From positions 2,784,001-2,848,000 of the forward strand of contig CBDFMQ010000002.1 of NCBI GenBank assembly GCA_965249725.1: a stretch of DNA of 64,000 nucleotides, written 5' to 3'. Every line of letters begins with the position of its first letter. The stretch's first letter is position 1. A model generated the notes under the pieces. The model was given only the letters and a program-made list of their open reading frames with translations. It had not been told where the DNA came from and searched no databases. This DNA is from Longimicrobiales bacterium. Its GTDB lineage: Bacteria > Gemmatimonadota > Gemmatimonadetes > Longimicrobiales > Gaopeijiaceae. The position numbers and the translations under genes are program-made. Positions 31,326 through 41,495 of the stretch are shown piece after piece.

Positions 31326-32631
31326 GAACCGTGTATTGCTCGATCTTCTGGTCGTCGAACTCCCAGCCGATGCCCGGTCCGGTAGGAACCTCGATGTAGC
31401 CGTCCCTCAATTCCAATGGCTCCTTCACCAGCAGGTCGTGCAGCATGATCTCGGTGAATTCGACGACTGGGTCGGCGTTCTTAATCGCGCATCCCAGGTG
31501 CACCTTTGAAGCGACTATGTGACCAAGTCCATACTCGGTTCCAATAACGATGGGTTTCTCTGCCGCCTCGGCGACTGCAGCCCATTTCTTGACCCCCGAT
31601 ATCCCTCCCGCTTTGGAGCATTTCGTGTTGATGATATCGCAAGCATCGTTCTTGAGAAGCTGAAAGACCTGTTGAAGGGTGTCTGCAGCTTCGTCTGCCT
31701 CTACCGGTACATGTACTGTCTCGGAGATTCTTCTGGCACCCTCGAAATCAGTATTCGCCGTCGGTTGCTCAAGCAGCTCGAGCCCTACGTCGTATTCCTC
31801 GGCCAACCTGCAGAATCGAATCGCCTCATGTACCGTGTATCGTCGATTCGCATCAGCCCTCAGGCTGATCTCGTCTCCTAGGGCTTCTCTGATGGCCCTC
31901 AGAGATCGCGCATCTCTGTCGGGGTCCGTTCCGACCTTGGCCTTGATGCCCCTTATCCCCTGGTTGTAGTACTCCACGCTATGGGCGGCCATCTCATCCG
32001 AAGGACCTCCCGGGACCTCGACCGCGGCCAGTACCTTGTTTCGGTGCAGGCCACCCACCAGGGTGTAGAGCGGTACGTTCAACGCCTTCCCCAGGATGTC
32101 ATACAGGGCGTAGTTGATCGCTGCCGCGGCGTGGCGTGTCTTCACTCGTCCGTTCTGACGTAACGACACGATCTCGTTGTTGCGATCGATGTCGAACGGA
32201 CTCAGACCGATGAGATTGGGGGCCATATATCGGTCGATGGTGAGCTTCACTGTTTCGAGAGTCTCCACGCGATCCGTCGGCGCCTCACCCATGCCAACAA
32301 GGCCACTGTCCGTATAGACCTTCACCAGCACGTAGTCCATCAGCAGGTGCCCCTCGTCGTTCCGTTTTCTCCTTCTCGGTAGGGGTTCCCCTTCGTAGTA
32401 CTTGCTCGGTGCAGCCTTTGCGCCGGTCTTGTCGACTCCATCGGCAAACGGCCTCATAGGGAGACTCAACGGAATGGCTTCGATCCCCGTAATCGTCGCG
32501 GAGAGAGCATCCAAGTTGTTGAGGATACCATCCAAGTCGGTGAGGCCACCGGCTCTCGCAGCATAAGCCGTGATCCCCAGAGCAGCAGGGCCGCCCAGAA
32601 ACGCGCGCCGACTCCATGTCTCAGATTTCAT
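31309..32631 (-). CDS. Mandelate racemase/muconate lactonizing enzyme family, Tat signal
   Basis: SRRAFL; GMGE, ALYDILGK, KAK, DAN, EQP, ADE, PTGPGIG. Confidence 0.9.
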   Translation of the reverse strand: MKSETWSRRAFLGGPAALGITAYAARAGGLTDLDGILNNLDALSATITGIEAIPLSLPMRPFADGVDKTGAKAAPSKYYEGEPLPRRRKRNDEGHLLMDYVLVKVYTDSGLVGMGEAPTDRVETLETVKLTIDRYMAPNLIGLSPFDIDRNNEIVSLRQNGRVKTRHAAAAINYALYDILGKALNVPLYTLVGGLHRNKVLAAVEVPGGPSDEMAAHSVEYYNQGIRGIKAKVGTDPDRDARSLRAIREALGDEISLRADANRRYTVHEAIRFCRLAEEYDVGLELLEQPTANTDFEGARRISETVHVPVEADEAADTLQQVFQLLKNDACDIINTKCSKAGGISGVKKWAAVAEAAEKPIVIGTEYGLGHIVASKVHLGCAIKNADPVVEFTEIMLHDLLVKEPLELRDGYIEVPTGPGIGWEFDDQKIEQYTVHDFPG

Positions 32632-32888
32632 GACACACCTCGCATCGAAGAAGTAATCTCCGCCGATCCCCCTCGAGGGCTCTCACGGATAAGGCGCTTC
32701 GGAGGACTGTCGAAAGGGCGGGCGATGATTTGTTCCAGCTAGATCTGACGAAGTCCTCAGCGTGGGGCAGATACGTCGGCGGTCAACATCCGAGAGCGGC
32801 CTGTGAGGCGCAAGCTGAGGGGGCGGCGAGGTCTTCGAAGAGTGTATCGCCGAGCTGGGACCGCGTCCCTTTCTCGAGGGCTGGTGAG

Positions 32889-34085
32889 TTACTGTCGGAG
32901 AATGGCGCCCACCACCCGTTCGATCGCCTCCTGACGCCTGAGCGCTGGCTGGCCGGAGAGGATGTTCCACGCCGTGAACACGAGGACTAGATCGTGCTCC
33001 GGGATGGCCACCGGGATCTGCCCGCCGAAGCCCGAACCGGCCCAGGCCAGTCGTGTCATGTCCGAGCCATAGGGCACCAGCCACCACTGAAGACCGTAGC
33101 TGATGCCGGGCCTTCCGGTGGACGCCAAGGCCGGCGTCACCGATGCCGTGACCCATTCAGGGTCGACGATGGATTCACCCTCCCAGCTTCCCTGCTGGAG
33201 GAACATCTGCCAGATCTTCGCGAGGTCGCGCGGACGAAGATAAAGGCCGCCTTCCGTGTCGATGAGGCCTGCCGGCGACCGTTTCCAGAACCACGCATCG
33301 ATATCGAGCGGCCTGAATAGATGGCGGGCGGCGTACTCCTCGATATCCGAGCCGGTGGCCGAGCGAAAAATGTCAGCCAACAGCGCCGACACGCCGCTGC
33401 TGTAGTTGAAGCGTGTCCCGGGCTCCTCACTCATAGGCCGGTTGATGGTGAACTCGACCCAGTCGGGGCTATCCTCGAGCTGCACCGCCGTATTAGCGGG
33501 ATCGGAGTAGGGTAGGCTCTCGTTCCAGTCTATGCCCGCGGTCATGGTCAACATGTGGCGAATCGTCATGCGCCGCTTGCGATCGTCGAGGCTCGCGATG
33601 CGTGTGGTATCGAAGAACTGGATCGCGGGGGTGTCGATGTCGGGGAAGTCACCACGACGCACCGCGACGCCGATAACCACCGAGGCGACGGTCTTGGTCA
33701 CCGACTGGAGTGAATGGAGATCACCGCGCCGATAGAACGGGTGCCACCAAGGGTTGAAGTAGTTGTAGGGTCCCGTCGGGTGGCTTGCGTTGAGGGTCGA
33801 GGGACGTTTCGCCTCCTCCCCGTAGGCCCGGTCGTAGTCGTTCGTGTAGGAACGCTCGAAGGCCACTCTGCCGTGGCGAATCACCAGCATGCCGTCGACA
33901 TGGCCGTAATTGCCGGAGGTGATGTCGGCGTCGAGCTCCGCGAGGGCGAGCGAGTCGAGGTCGACGGCGGTCGGGCGAGCGGTGGGCCACTGCCACGCGC
34001 TGGCCTGACCCTGAGCCAAGGCGGGTTGGGCCCCAGCGGCAAGCAGGAATGCGGCGAAACCGACTGAACGACAACGCATGATCAT
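32889..34085 (-). CDS. Serine hydrolase, beta-lactamase family
   Basis: SVTK (SxxK), LTMTAG, FNYSS, GSGFGGQ; signal peptide. Confidence 0.9.
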   Translation of the reverse strand: MIMRCRSVGFAAFLLAAGAQPALAQGQASAWQWPTARPTAVDLDSLALAELDADITSGNYGHVDGMLVIRHGRVAFERSYTNDYDRAYGEEAKRPSTLNASHPTGPYNYFNPWWHPFYRRGDLHSLQSVTKTVASVVIGVAVRRGDFPDIDTPAIQFFDTTRIASLDDRKRRMTIRHMLTMTAGIDWNESLPYSDPANTAVQLEDSPDWVEFTINRPMSEEPGTRFNYSSGVSALLADIFRSATGSDIEEYAARHLFRPLDIDAWFWKRSPAGLIDTEGGLYLRPRDLAKIWQMFLQQGSWEGESIVDPEWVTASVTPALASTGRPGISYGLQWWLVPYGSDMTRLAWAGSGFGGQIPVAIPEHDLVLVFTAWNILSGQPALRRQEAIERVVGAILRQ

Positions 34086-34482
34086 TCTCCGGGTCCGAGC
34101 CTGATGAGCTTCCACGAGGAATAGGCATTCTAGAGACCCTTTCACTAAACCGCTGCGCGGTGGGTGATGGGGCCTTCCCGGCAGGTCTTGATCCTAACAT
34201 GTGAGGTAGGCTGCGTTCAGGCGGGTAACGGGAACAGACATGGCCGCAACATGCGGCTATGGTGCGGAAAGCCACAAGGAAAGCCTGGAGCGAGGGATGA
34301 TCGGTCACGCTCGAGTATTCGATTCCCAAGCACAACGACGATGAGGACCAAGCTCCCGGTCGCATCGTGCTGGCTGACCACGCCGGTAGAACACGTGTAC
34401 TGGACGACACACGTCCCGAAGAGTGGCTCGCGAGGGAACTCATTGGCGGGACCCGGCGGCAGCCGCCCCGTGTCAACGCTCC

Positions 34483-35859
34483 CTAGCGTCCCCTCTCCCA
34501 GACCCCCTCTTGGGCCATGAGCGCTTCGATCTCGTCCGGCTCGATGGGCGAGTGGCCGGTCAGCCACTCGTGCCCGTCCTCAGTAACCAGGATCACGTCC
34601 TCGAAGCGAATCGACCAATCCTCGTGGCTTACGCTCCACTCGATGACGAAGCACATGCCCGGTTCCCAAGGGATGTCATAGAAGCCGACGTCGTGGATCT
34701 CCATACCGACGAAGTGACTGATGCCGTAGGTGTTGGTTGCGTCACGGAGTCCGACGTCGTCCATTAGCCGGTCCTTGAGGGCCTGGCTGCCGGCGAACGT
34801 CCCCCCGGGTTTCACGGCAGCGATCAGTTGTTTTTGTACGCGGGTCACGACCTCGGCGATGCGCCGCTGTTCCGGTGTGTACTCTCCGCTGACCGGAATC
34901 GTGCGCCCGAAGTCCGACGTGAAGTGTGCGTACTCGGCACCGATGTCGTAGCTCACCATCTGGCCGTCACTCACGTGCCAGGGGCCGACTCTGGGGCGGA
35001 CTCCACGGGGCCAGTCAGGGCCCCCGCTTCTCTGGGCGACCCCCGGGCCGGACGGGACGACCCCCGTGCGGAAGGACCGGGCCGCGTGTTCATACTCGAA
35101 CGTGAAGTTGACGATGGCTGCGATCTGCTGCGTGGTCATCTCCTCGCGGACAGACTTGGCCGACTCCATGAACGCCTGGACCGTGATATCGGACGCCTTG
35201 CGGAGCATCGCGATCGAATACTCGTCGTGGATCATGCGAAGCCGGTTGAGGATGTCCGATGCGTCCTTCATCTGGACCTCGGGCGAGAAGTACTGAAGTC
35301 GATTGGCCAGGTCGAGTCGCTCGGGCGGCGATGCGTCCAGGTTCAGGAACCGTTGGTAGTTGAAGTAGATGTTCTTGTCTTCTCCGAGGGACCGTGAGAG
35401 ATCACTTGCGAGATCCTTGCTGCCTCGCTGGTGGGTCCTAAGGAGCGAAAAAGCCGTGATGGCGTCGGAAAGATGCTCGGTCAACAGCTCGTACGAGTAG
35501 ACGTGCTCGATGCCGGTCAGGTCCACCATCGCCTCTGGATCCTGAGAGGTGTAGAGGATCTCTCGGTAGGTCTCAGCGTCGGGTGCGAGGACGAGCGCCG
35601 ATCCATAGGCGTCGCCCGCTTCGAGCCCCGTCAGGTAGATAAAGTCATGCAGATCCGAGTGATCCACGAAGCCCTCGTAGATCCTATTCTGGTTCTCGAT
35701 GGCCGCGGCGACGAGGGCGATTCCACCGTCCATCGCGTCGCGGAAGTTGGCGCGACGCTGACTATGGAGCGCCTTGTCAGGCGGCTCGAAGGCACCTTGG
35801 CCCTGGAGAGGCGATGCGATCGCGAGCGCTGCCGTGAGAAGTGGTAGGGTCTGTTTCAT
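34483..35859 (-). CDS. Xaa-Pro aminopeptidase (M24), secreted
   Basis: DIGAEY..SDFGRT, SHFVGMEIHD, IRFED. Confidence 0.88.
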   Translation of the reverse strand: MKQTLPLLTAALAIASPLQGQGAFEPPDKALHSQRRANFRDAMDGGIALVAAAIENQNRIYEGFVDHSDLHDFIYLTGLEAGDAYGSALVLAPDAETYREILYTSQDPEAMVDLTGIEHVYSYELLTEHLSDAITAFSLLRTHQRGSKDLASDLSRSLGEDKNIYFNYQRFLNLDASPPERLDLANRLQYFSPEVQMKDASDILNRLRMIHDEYSIAMLRKASDITVQAFMESAKSVREEMTTQQIAAIVNFTFEYEHAARSFRTGVVPSGPGVAQRSGGPDWPRGVRPRVGPWHVSDGQMVSYDIGAEYAHFTSDFGRTIPVSGEYTPEQRRIAEVVTRVQKQLIAAVKPGGTFAGSQALKDRLMDDVGLRDATNTYGISHFVGMEIHDVGFYDIPWEPGMCFVIEWSVSHEDWSIRFEDVILVTEDGHEWLTGHSPIEPDEIEALMAQEGVWERGR

Positions 35860-35861
35860 GA

Positions 35862-36507
35862 TCAGTTCCTCCACACGAAGTCAGCGTCCATCATCACCCA
35901 TGTGTCCGGGTCGAGCACGACCGATCCGGGTTCCCCGTCCACGGCGATCGTGAATCGGTTGGTTCTGTCGTTCACCTGCAGGAGCTCGGTGCCCACCTCG
36001 CTCCCGTCGGGAGCGTAGATCCCCAACTGGACCAGCATTTTGGACGAGTAGCCATCCTGGACCTGGTTCAGTTCAACCTCGATGGTGCCTGCACCGGAGT
36101 CGTAGCGCCACCCCCCTCCTAGTCGAGCCAGCCACACTGGTTGAGCCACTGCTGGAAGAACTCCGAGAGATCTTGTCCTGAAGATTCTTCCATGGCCCGT
36201 CGGAAGTCGTCGGTAGTGGCGTTCTTGTCCTGGCATCTGGCGTAGTATGCCTGGATCCCGCTCCAAAAGGCCTCGTCCCCGATGACGCCGCGCAGCATGT
36301 GCAGGGTACATCCGCCTTTCTGGTACGTCTGCGAGCTGGTGACCCGACCCATGTCGTCCAGGTTGTCGTGGACGATGGTGTAGTCGGGATTCTCTGCCTG
36401 GAACGTGCGTACGCGGTCCCTGCTGTTCTCGAGTCCCGCCACGAAGTCGTCCCGGCCGTACTGGTGCTCACGGAAGAGGAGCGTGAAGTAGGTCGCGAAG
36501 CCTTCGC
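35862..36507 (-). pseudogene. C-terminal fragment of an M1 aminopeptidase, 5'-truncated and frameshifted
   Basis: EGFATYF, YQKG..LHMLR, FFQQWL, LDPD; the HExxH region is missing. Confidence 0.8.
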
Positions 36508-36520
36508 CCCTTCTCGCGCT

Positions 36521-36621
36521 ACCTAACGGATCGGCGATTCTGATGCGCGGCTAAGATGCCGACCGCGAGCGAAGCGCGCGAGCCGGATGACTACCGCGAC
36601 TGCAGCCATCGCTTGTTAGGC
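36521..36621 (-). repeat. attC-like site B1 (100-bp family)
   Basis: acctaac...gttaggc; imperfect hairpin with central GCGAAGC; homologous to B2. Confidence 0.82.
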
Positions 36622-36702
36622 AGAGCCGCTACCGATTCCGAGCGAGCTCCGCATCGATCCGCTCGACAAGGTCTCTGGCACGCGCATCGGCAGGGCCGAC
36701 CC

Positions 36703-38928
36703 CTATTGGTCCTTGATTCGGGCTAGCAGCGCCTCAAAAGACGGCTCACCCTGCAGACTACTCAACAGCGCCTGATCCTCTGCCAGGAGCGCATGGTTCG
36801 ACAGCCCTCCGTTCACGCAATGTTCTAGGGACGAGACCGCGTCCTCCACCTCCCCGAGGTAAGCCAGGCAGCCTCCGAGCAGCCAGGAGAACTGGAGATT
36901 CGACCTGGCCCATTCAGCGAGCGACTCGGTGACGTTTTCCAGGGCCTGCTGCTTCTCATCTCTCAGCGCGTGCCGAAGCACGATACCCAATCTGGCGAAG
37001 GGCTCGTCTCCACTCCTGATCTCGTCGAGAACCTCCAAGGCCTCATCCGATCGCTGCCCGTACACTAGTGCCCAGGCAAGTGTGACCCGGGGAGCAAGGT
37101 TGTTCGGATCGTGCTGAAGTGACCGACGGCCAGCAGCCACGGCCTCCTCGTACTGGCCGGTCCAGATATTGGCCAACGGAACCCAAGGCTCCACGTTGAG
37201 CGGGTCGACCTCGCGCAGTCTTTGGGTGCACCATCGCGCCTCCTCCGTTCGCCCCCCCCAGGCAAACAAGATCGACGTGATCAAGAGCGTCTCCGGATCG
37301 TTGGGTTCCAACGAGAGCGCGCGGTCGGCGTACGGAAGGGCCTCGCGAAGCCGGAACGTGTCGTTGTAGATCCAAGCGATGACGAGGTTCGCCTTCGCCG
37401 AGTCGGGGTCTAACTCCAGCGCTCGCCTCGCGGCGGCTTCGGCCCGATCCATGAGGTCGGGGGATGCGTCGCGACCTCCAGTGACGAAGGAATACAAGAC
37501 CAAGGCCTGTCCCAAGCCCGCGAGTAGCAGCGCACTGTCGCCCACGACCTCGAGGCCCTCCTCGAAGTGTCGAATCGCTCGCGCTAGCGATTCGTCCTCC
37601 ACGCGGGCCAGATCGTGCCGACCTCTGAGGTAGAACTCGAGCTCGCGAACGTCAGCGACGGGCCTCCGCTCCATCTCGCGTTCTTCTTCGGGCGTAAGCG
37701 TGAGGACCAGCGCATCGGCGATTTCGCGTGAGACACGCTCCTGCATCCCGAAGACGTCGTCCATCGTTCCCGCAAACTTGTCGCCCCATAACGGAACGTC
37801 GTCTTCGGCATCCACGAGTTGAGCCGTAATCCTGAGGCTGTCACCAGCTTTCCGGACGCTCCCTTCGAGGACATAACGCACTCCCAATTCCCTCCCGATG
37901 CTCTTCAAGTCCTTGTCGGTGCCCTTTAGTTGCATCGCGGAAGTACGGGATATGACGCGCAACGCCTGTAGCCGTGAAAGGTCGCTGATGATTTCTTCCG
38001 TCAGACCATCACTGAAATACTCGTTGTCCGGGTCGGGACTGCTGTTCACAAAGGGTAGTACGACGATGGATTTCTTTTCCGGTGGAGTCGCCTCGTCAGC
38101 GGCCAGTAGGCTGTCCAGAAACGCCCGTGCGCTCGAGAATCGGTCGACCGCGGTCTTGGCCCACGCAACCGTAACGGTCCGATCGACGGATGCCGGTACT
38201 GCGGGCCGGAGTCTTCGGACAGAGGGAACGGGGTCGGTCGCTTGCTTGATTAGCAGGCTCTGAACCGTGCGTCCGGAGTAGGGCGGCTCACCCGCCAACA
38301 TCTCATAAAGCAAACACCCGAGGCTGTAGATGTCCGTCCGGTGATCTACGTCCTGGCCTTCGAACGCTTGCTCGGGGCTCATGTACTCCGGAGTCCCGAG
38401 GGACAACCCGGTTTGAGTGAGCCGGGTTTCAGACGCGGACTCCAGAGCCAACGCGACACCGAAGTCCGAAACGACAGCATGGCCCCCGTCGATCAAGACG
38501 TTCTCTGGCTTCACATCACGGTGTACAATCCCGGCAGCGTGGGCCACTTCGAGGGCTTCAGCCACCTCGCTCACGATCCGCAGCGCATCGTCCAGCGGAA
38601 GCTGCCCGTCGCGGTTCATGATGTCGCGCAACGAACCGCCGTCGGCGAGGGGCATCACGTAGTAGAGAAGCCCGTCGGCTTCACCGGAATCGTAGAGCGG
38701 GAGAATATGTGGGTGGCGCAGGCTCGCGGTGGTCGAGATCTCGCGAAGAAAACGATCCGCTCCAACCGCAACGGCGAGTTCGGGATTCAGCACCTTGATC
38801 GCGACCTTCCGCGCGTGTTTCAGATCTTCCGCCACGAATACGGTGGCCATCCCACCAGCGCCCAGTTCACTCTCGACCACGTAACTCTTCGAGAGCGTTG
38901 AGCTGAGGGTGTGGAAGATGTCGGACAT
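36703..38928 (-). CDS. Ser/Thr protein kinase with TolB-N-like and TPR domains (cassette-borne)
   Basis: GAGGMA, VAIK, HRDVKPEN, DFG, GTPEYMSPE; SIVVLPF..YFSDGLTEEII; TPR-like helices. Confidence 0.93.
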   Translation of the reverse strand: MSDIFHTLSSTLSKSYVVESELGAGGMATVFVAEDLKHARKVAIKVLNPELAVAVGADRFLREISTTASLRHPHILPLYDSGEADGLLYYVMPLADGGSLRDIMNRDGQLPLDDALRIVSEVAEALEVAHAAGIVHRDVKPENVLIDGGHAVVSDFGVALALESASETRLTQTGLSLGTPEYMSPEQAFEGQDVDHRTDIYSLGCLLYEMLAGEPPYSGRTVQSLLIKQATDPVPSVRRLRPAVPASVDRTVTVAWAKTAVDRFSSARAFLDSLLAADEATPPEKKSIVVLPFVNSSPDPDNEYFSDGLTEEIISDLSRLQALRVISRTSAMQLKGTDKDLKSIGRELGVRYVLEGSVRKAGDSLRITAQLVDAEDDVPLWGDKFAGTMDDVFGMQERVSREIADALVLTLTPEEEREMERRPVADVRELEFYLRGRHDLARVEDESLARAIRHFEEGLEVVGDSALLLAGLGQALVLYSFVTGGRDASPDLMDRAEAAARRALELDPDSAKANLVIAWIYNDTFRLREALPYADRALSLEPNDPETLLITSILFAWGGRTEEARWCTQRLREVDPLNVEPWVPLANIWTGQYEEAVAAGRRSLQHDPNNLAPRVTLAWALVYGQRSDEALEVLDEIRSGDEPFARLGIVLRHALRDEKQQALENVTESLAEWARSNLQFSWLLGGCLAYLGEVEDAVSSLEHCVNGGLSNHALLAEDQALLSSLQGEPSFEALLARIKDQ

Positions 38929-39038
38929 CTATGAAGTCTGGAAGAAGCGATTGCGTGACGCCGCGAGAATCGACCGGCGACCCCAGAAGTGGCAAAATCG
39001 ACCCGATTCGCCCCCAACTCTCTATAAGGCAGGCCGCT

Positions 39039-39138
39039 GCCTAACGGATTGCGATTCTGCTGCGAGATCAAGATGCCGACCGCAAGCGAAGCGCGCGAGC
39101 CGGACGCCTACCGCGTCAGTAGCAATCGCTTGTTAGGG
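39039..39138 (-). repeat. attC-like site B2 (100-bp family)
   Basis: gcctaac...gttaggg; GCGATT-CTGCTG pairs with CAGTAG-C-AATCGC with one bulged base. Confidence 0.85.
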
Positions 39139-40219
39139 CGCACCCCGCTTGGCCTGGCGCTTCGGTTGTCTGCTCCACAGTGGTTCCGAAATCGTCGTCA
39201 AGCCCGGCCTTCGGGAGGTGCCTACGGAGCCCGGTAATGATGAGCGCCACAACTCCAGCGGCCCCGAACGAAGCGAATGAACTGGGTAGACGTGCGGCAG
39301 CCGTAAGCCACGACGTAAACACTTCCTCGAGGACGGCGAACAAGAAGACCGCGAGTCCGCCTCCGACGCCATACAGGGATCCAGTTCGTAGAACAAGATC
39401 GCCCCCTGCAGCACCTTTGAAGAACACGGCATAGGCCACAGCAAGGACAGCGAAGAGCGTCCCCACGGTTGAGGGGAGTGACCACAAGTGGAATGTCGAG
39501 GAGCCCCCCGCCTCCACCGCACTCCTGAAGACGACCACGCCGAGCAAGAAAGCCAGCGAGCCGTGGATGAGCCACACGCCGCGGCTTCTGGTGACCTCAT
39601 TCGAGACCATCGCAGACCGCCAGAGCCTCGCCCCGCACAGCACGAGAACAGCATACAGCGGCGCGTAGCCCAGAAAGTGAACAGAGGTGCTGCGGAGGGT
39701 CTCATTCAGGACGGCAGACCCGAGATAAGCCACGGCCACCAAGGTCCAGACCCAGCCTGAGCCCAGGACCCGCCAAAGCCCGCCCGTCAGTTGCACATCT
39801 TTATCGCCGTACACTCGACTCAACTGAATGAACGCCCCGACGGCAAGGAGCAACGAGATCGTGCCCAGCGTTCCAAACAAATCTGTCACCACTCGCGGGA
39901 GGCTAGGGCTCCCGTCTCCCGGCGGGATGACCTGGAGCACCCACAAGCTAGTGAGGGCCTGAGACGCACCGACAGCCACCACGAACACGGCCAAGATCGG
40001 GACATGCGGGGCCAAGGAACGGTTCCGAGCGGAAGCCAGGCCAACCCAGATGGCCAAGCCAGCCGCGATGGCGGGCAGAATCCCGCGGAGGAGTACGAAC
40101 GTACCGGCCCGGCCGAGGACCACGTCCTCATCGACAAATGGGGGGCTCACAACGAGCGAGATCAGTGTCCAAGAGATGGCGAGAACTGCAGCCGCCGCAA
40201 ACACCGTCAGCATCCCCAT
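39116..40219 (-). CDS. Polytopic membrane protein (cassette-borne), probably 5'-truncated by IS
   Basis: About 10 hydrophobic segments; frame stays open up to the IS end; stop lies inside site B2. Confidence 0.65.
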   Translation of the reverse strand: MGMLTVFAAAAVLAISWTLISLVVSPPFVDEDVVLGRAGTFVLLRGILPAIAAGLAIWVGLASARNRSLAPHVPILAVFVVAVGASQALTSLWVLQVIPPGDGSPSLPRVVTDLFGTLGTISLLLAVGAFIQLSRVYGDKDVQLTGGLWRVLGSGWVWTLVAVAYLGSAVLNETLRSTSVHFLGYAPLYAVLVLCGARLWRSAMVSNEVTRSRGVWLIHGSLAFLLGVVVFRSAVEAGGSSTFHLWSLPSTVGTLFAVLAVAYAVFFKGAAGGDLVLRTGSLYGVGGGLAVFLFAVLEEVFTSWLTAAARLPSSFASFGAAGVVALIITGLRRHLPKAGLDDDFGTTVEQTTEAPGQAGCALTSDCY

Positions 40220-40266
40220 CAGGAAGCGGAGCCTGTCAACGCCAGTGAGACACTCTTGGGAATTAA

Positions 40267-41274
40267 TTAGAGAGCAATCTCCTGTGTCGTGAGGGAGGGG
40301 GTTGGAGGATTGATCCAGACGGCCTCCGGGAGCGGTTTGGGCTTCGGCTCACCGGAGACGAAGCGGTCGGGATGAGCGGCCCAGGCCTCGCGTAGCACGG
40401 CCTGCCTGCCGGCGATGACCTGATCTGCATTCCCGAAGTGGACCTGTTCGGGGGTCAGCATCGAGATACCACCATGGCGGTGCTCGGCGTTGTACCAGCG
40501 GAAGAACGAGCGACAGAAGGTTTTGGCCTGGCCCTGATCCTCGAACCGTCCAGGAAACGAGGGATGGTACTTCAAGGTCTTGAACTGGGCTTCGGAGAAC
40601 GGATTCTCATCCGACACCTGAGGTCGGCTCAGCGAGCGGGTCACCCCGAGATCGGCGAGGAGCTGAGCCGTGCATTGGCTCGTCATCGGAGCTCCTCGAT
40701 CCGAGTGCAAGGTCAGGACCTGGGGCTGGACGCCATGCTTCAGGCAACTCTGCTGGATCAGGCGCCCGGCCAAGGCCGAGCTCTCCCGATCCGCCACCAT
40801 CCATCCCACGATGTAGCGGCTGAAGATGTCCATGATAACGTAGAGGTAGAAGTAGCTCCACTTCCTCGGCCCCAGCAGCCGTGTGATATCCCAGGACCAG
40901 ACCTGGCCCGGGCCCGTCGCCATCAACTCGGGTTTCTGGTATTCGGGATGACTCCGCTGCGCTCGGCGCTCTCGAACTGGCACTTGGGAGGCCAGAACGC
41001 GATACATCGTACGTTCGCTGCACAGGTAGACGTCTTCGTCGAGCAGGGTCGCCACAACCTCGGCCGGGGACCGGTCCACGAATCGCTCCGAACACAGCGT
41101 GTCGAAGACCTTGTCTCGTTCCTTCTCGCTCAAGGCACGGGCTGGGGTCGGGCGGGGCTGCTGATGCCCGGTCGATGGCCTCCGACGACGATAGAACGTG
41201 GCTCGGGCGACCCTGAGCGCATCGCACGCGGGCTTTACCCCTACGTACGTGGCCAGCGCCTCGGCCGCCTTCAC
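40267..41274 (-). CDS. IS3-family transposase OrfB (DDE)
   Basis: WSWDIT, DIFSRYIVGW, HSDRG, NPFSEAQFKTLK, WYN..HRH. Confidence 0.92.
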   Translation of the reverse strand: MKAAEALATYVGVKPACDALRVARATFYRRRRPSTGHQQPRPTPARALSEKERDKVFDTLCSERFVDRSPAEVVATLLDEDVYLCSERTMYRVLASQVPVRERRAQRSHPEYQKPELMATGPGQVWSWDITRLLGPRKWSYFYLYVIMDIFSRYIVGWMVADRESSALAGRLIQQSCLKHGVQPQVLTLHSDRGAPMTSQCTAQLLADLGVTRSLSRPQVSDENPFSEAQFKTLKYHPSFPGRFEDQGQAKTFCRSFFRWYNAEHRHGGISMLTPEQVHFGNADQVIAGRQAVLREAWAAHPDRFVSGEPKPKPLPEAVWINPPTPSLTTQEIAL

Positions 41275-41495
41275 GAGTTCGTCCCGTCCTTGAGGCTCAA
41301 TCCCAGCAGCCCTGCAACTTTTCCCTGGACGTCGAGGATCAGGCGCGCCTTCTCGAGTTCCTTCTCCAGGCGAGTGTTCTCGCGCTCCAGCTTGCGCACT
41401 TTCCCCTCCAGCGGATTCCGTTCGCTCGGCTTTCGACCTCGTCTCTTCGACAGCGCTCTCAGCGACCCACTCCGCACCGCCTTGCGCCATGTCGA
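41271..41495 (-). pseudogene. IS3 OrfA, N-terminal HTH missing
   Basis: STWRK..KRRGRKP..LERENTRLEKELEKARLILDVQGKV coiled coil. Confidence 0.8.

Larger units (their letters stand above)
40234..41495 (-). mobile_element. IS3-family insertion sequence, 5' end deleted
   Basis: OrfB plus C-terminal OrfA; probable terminus ...GTTGACA at 40234; other end absent. Confidence 0.8.
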
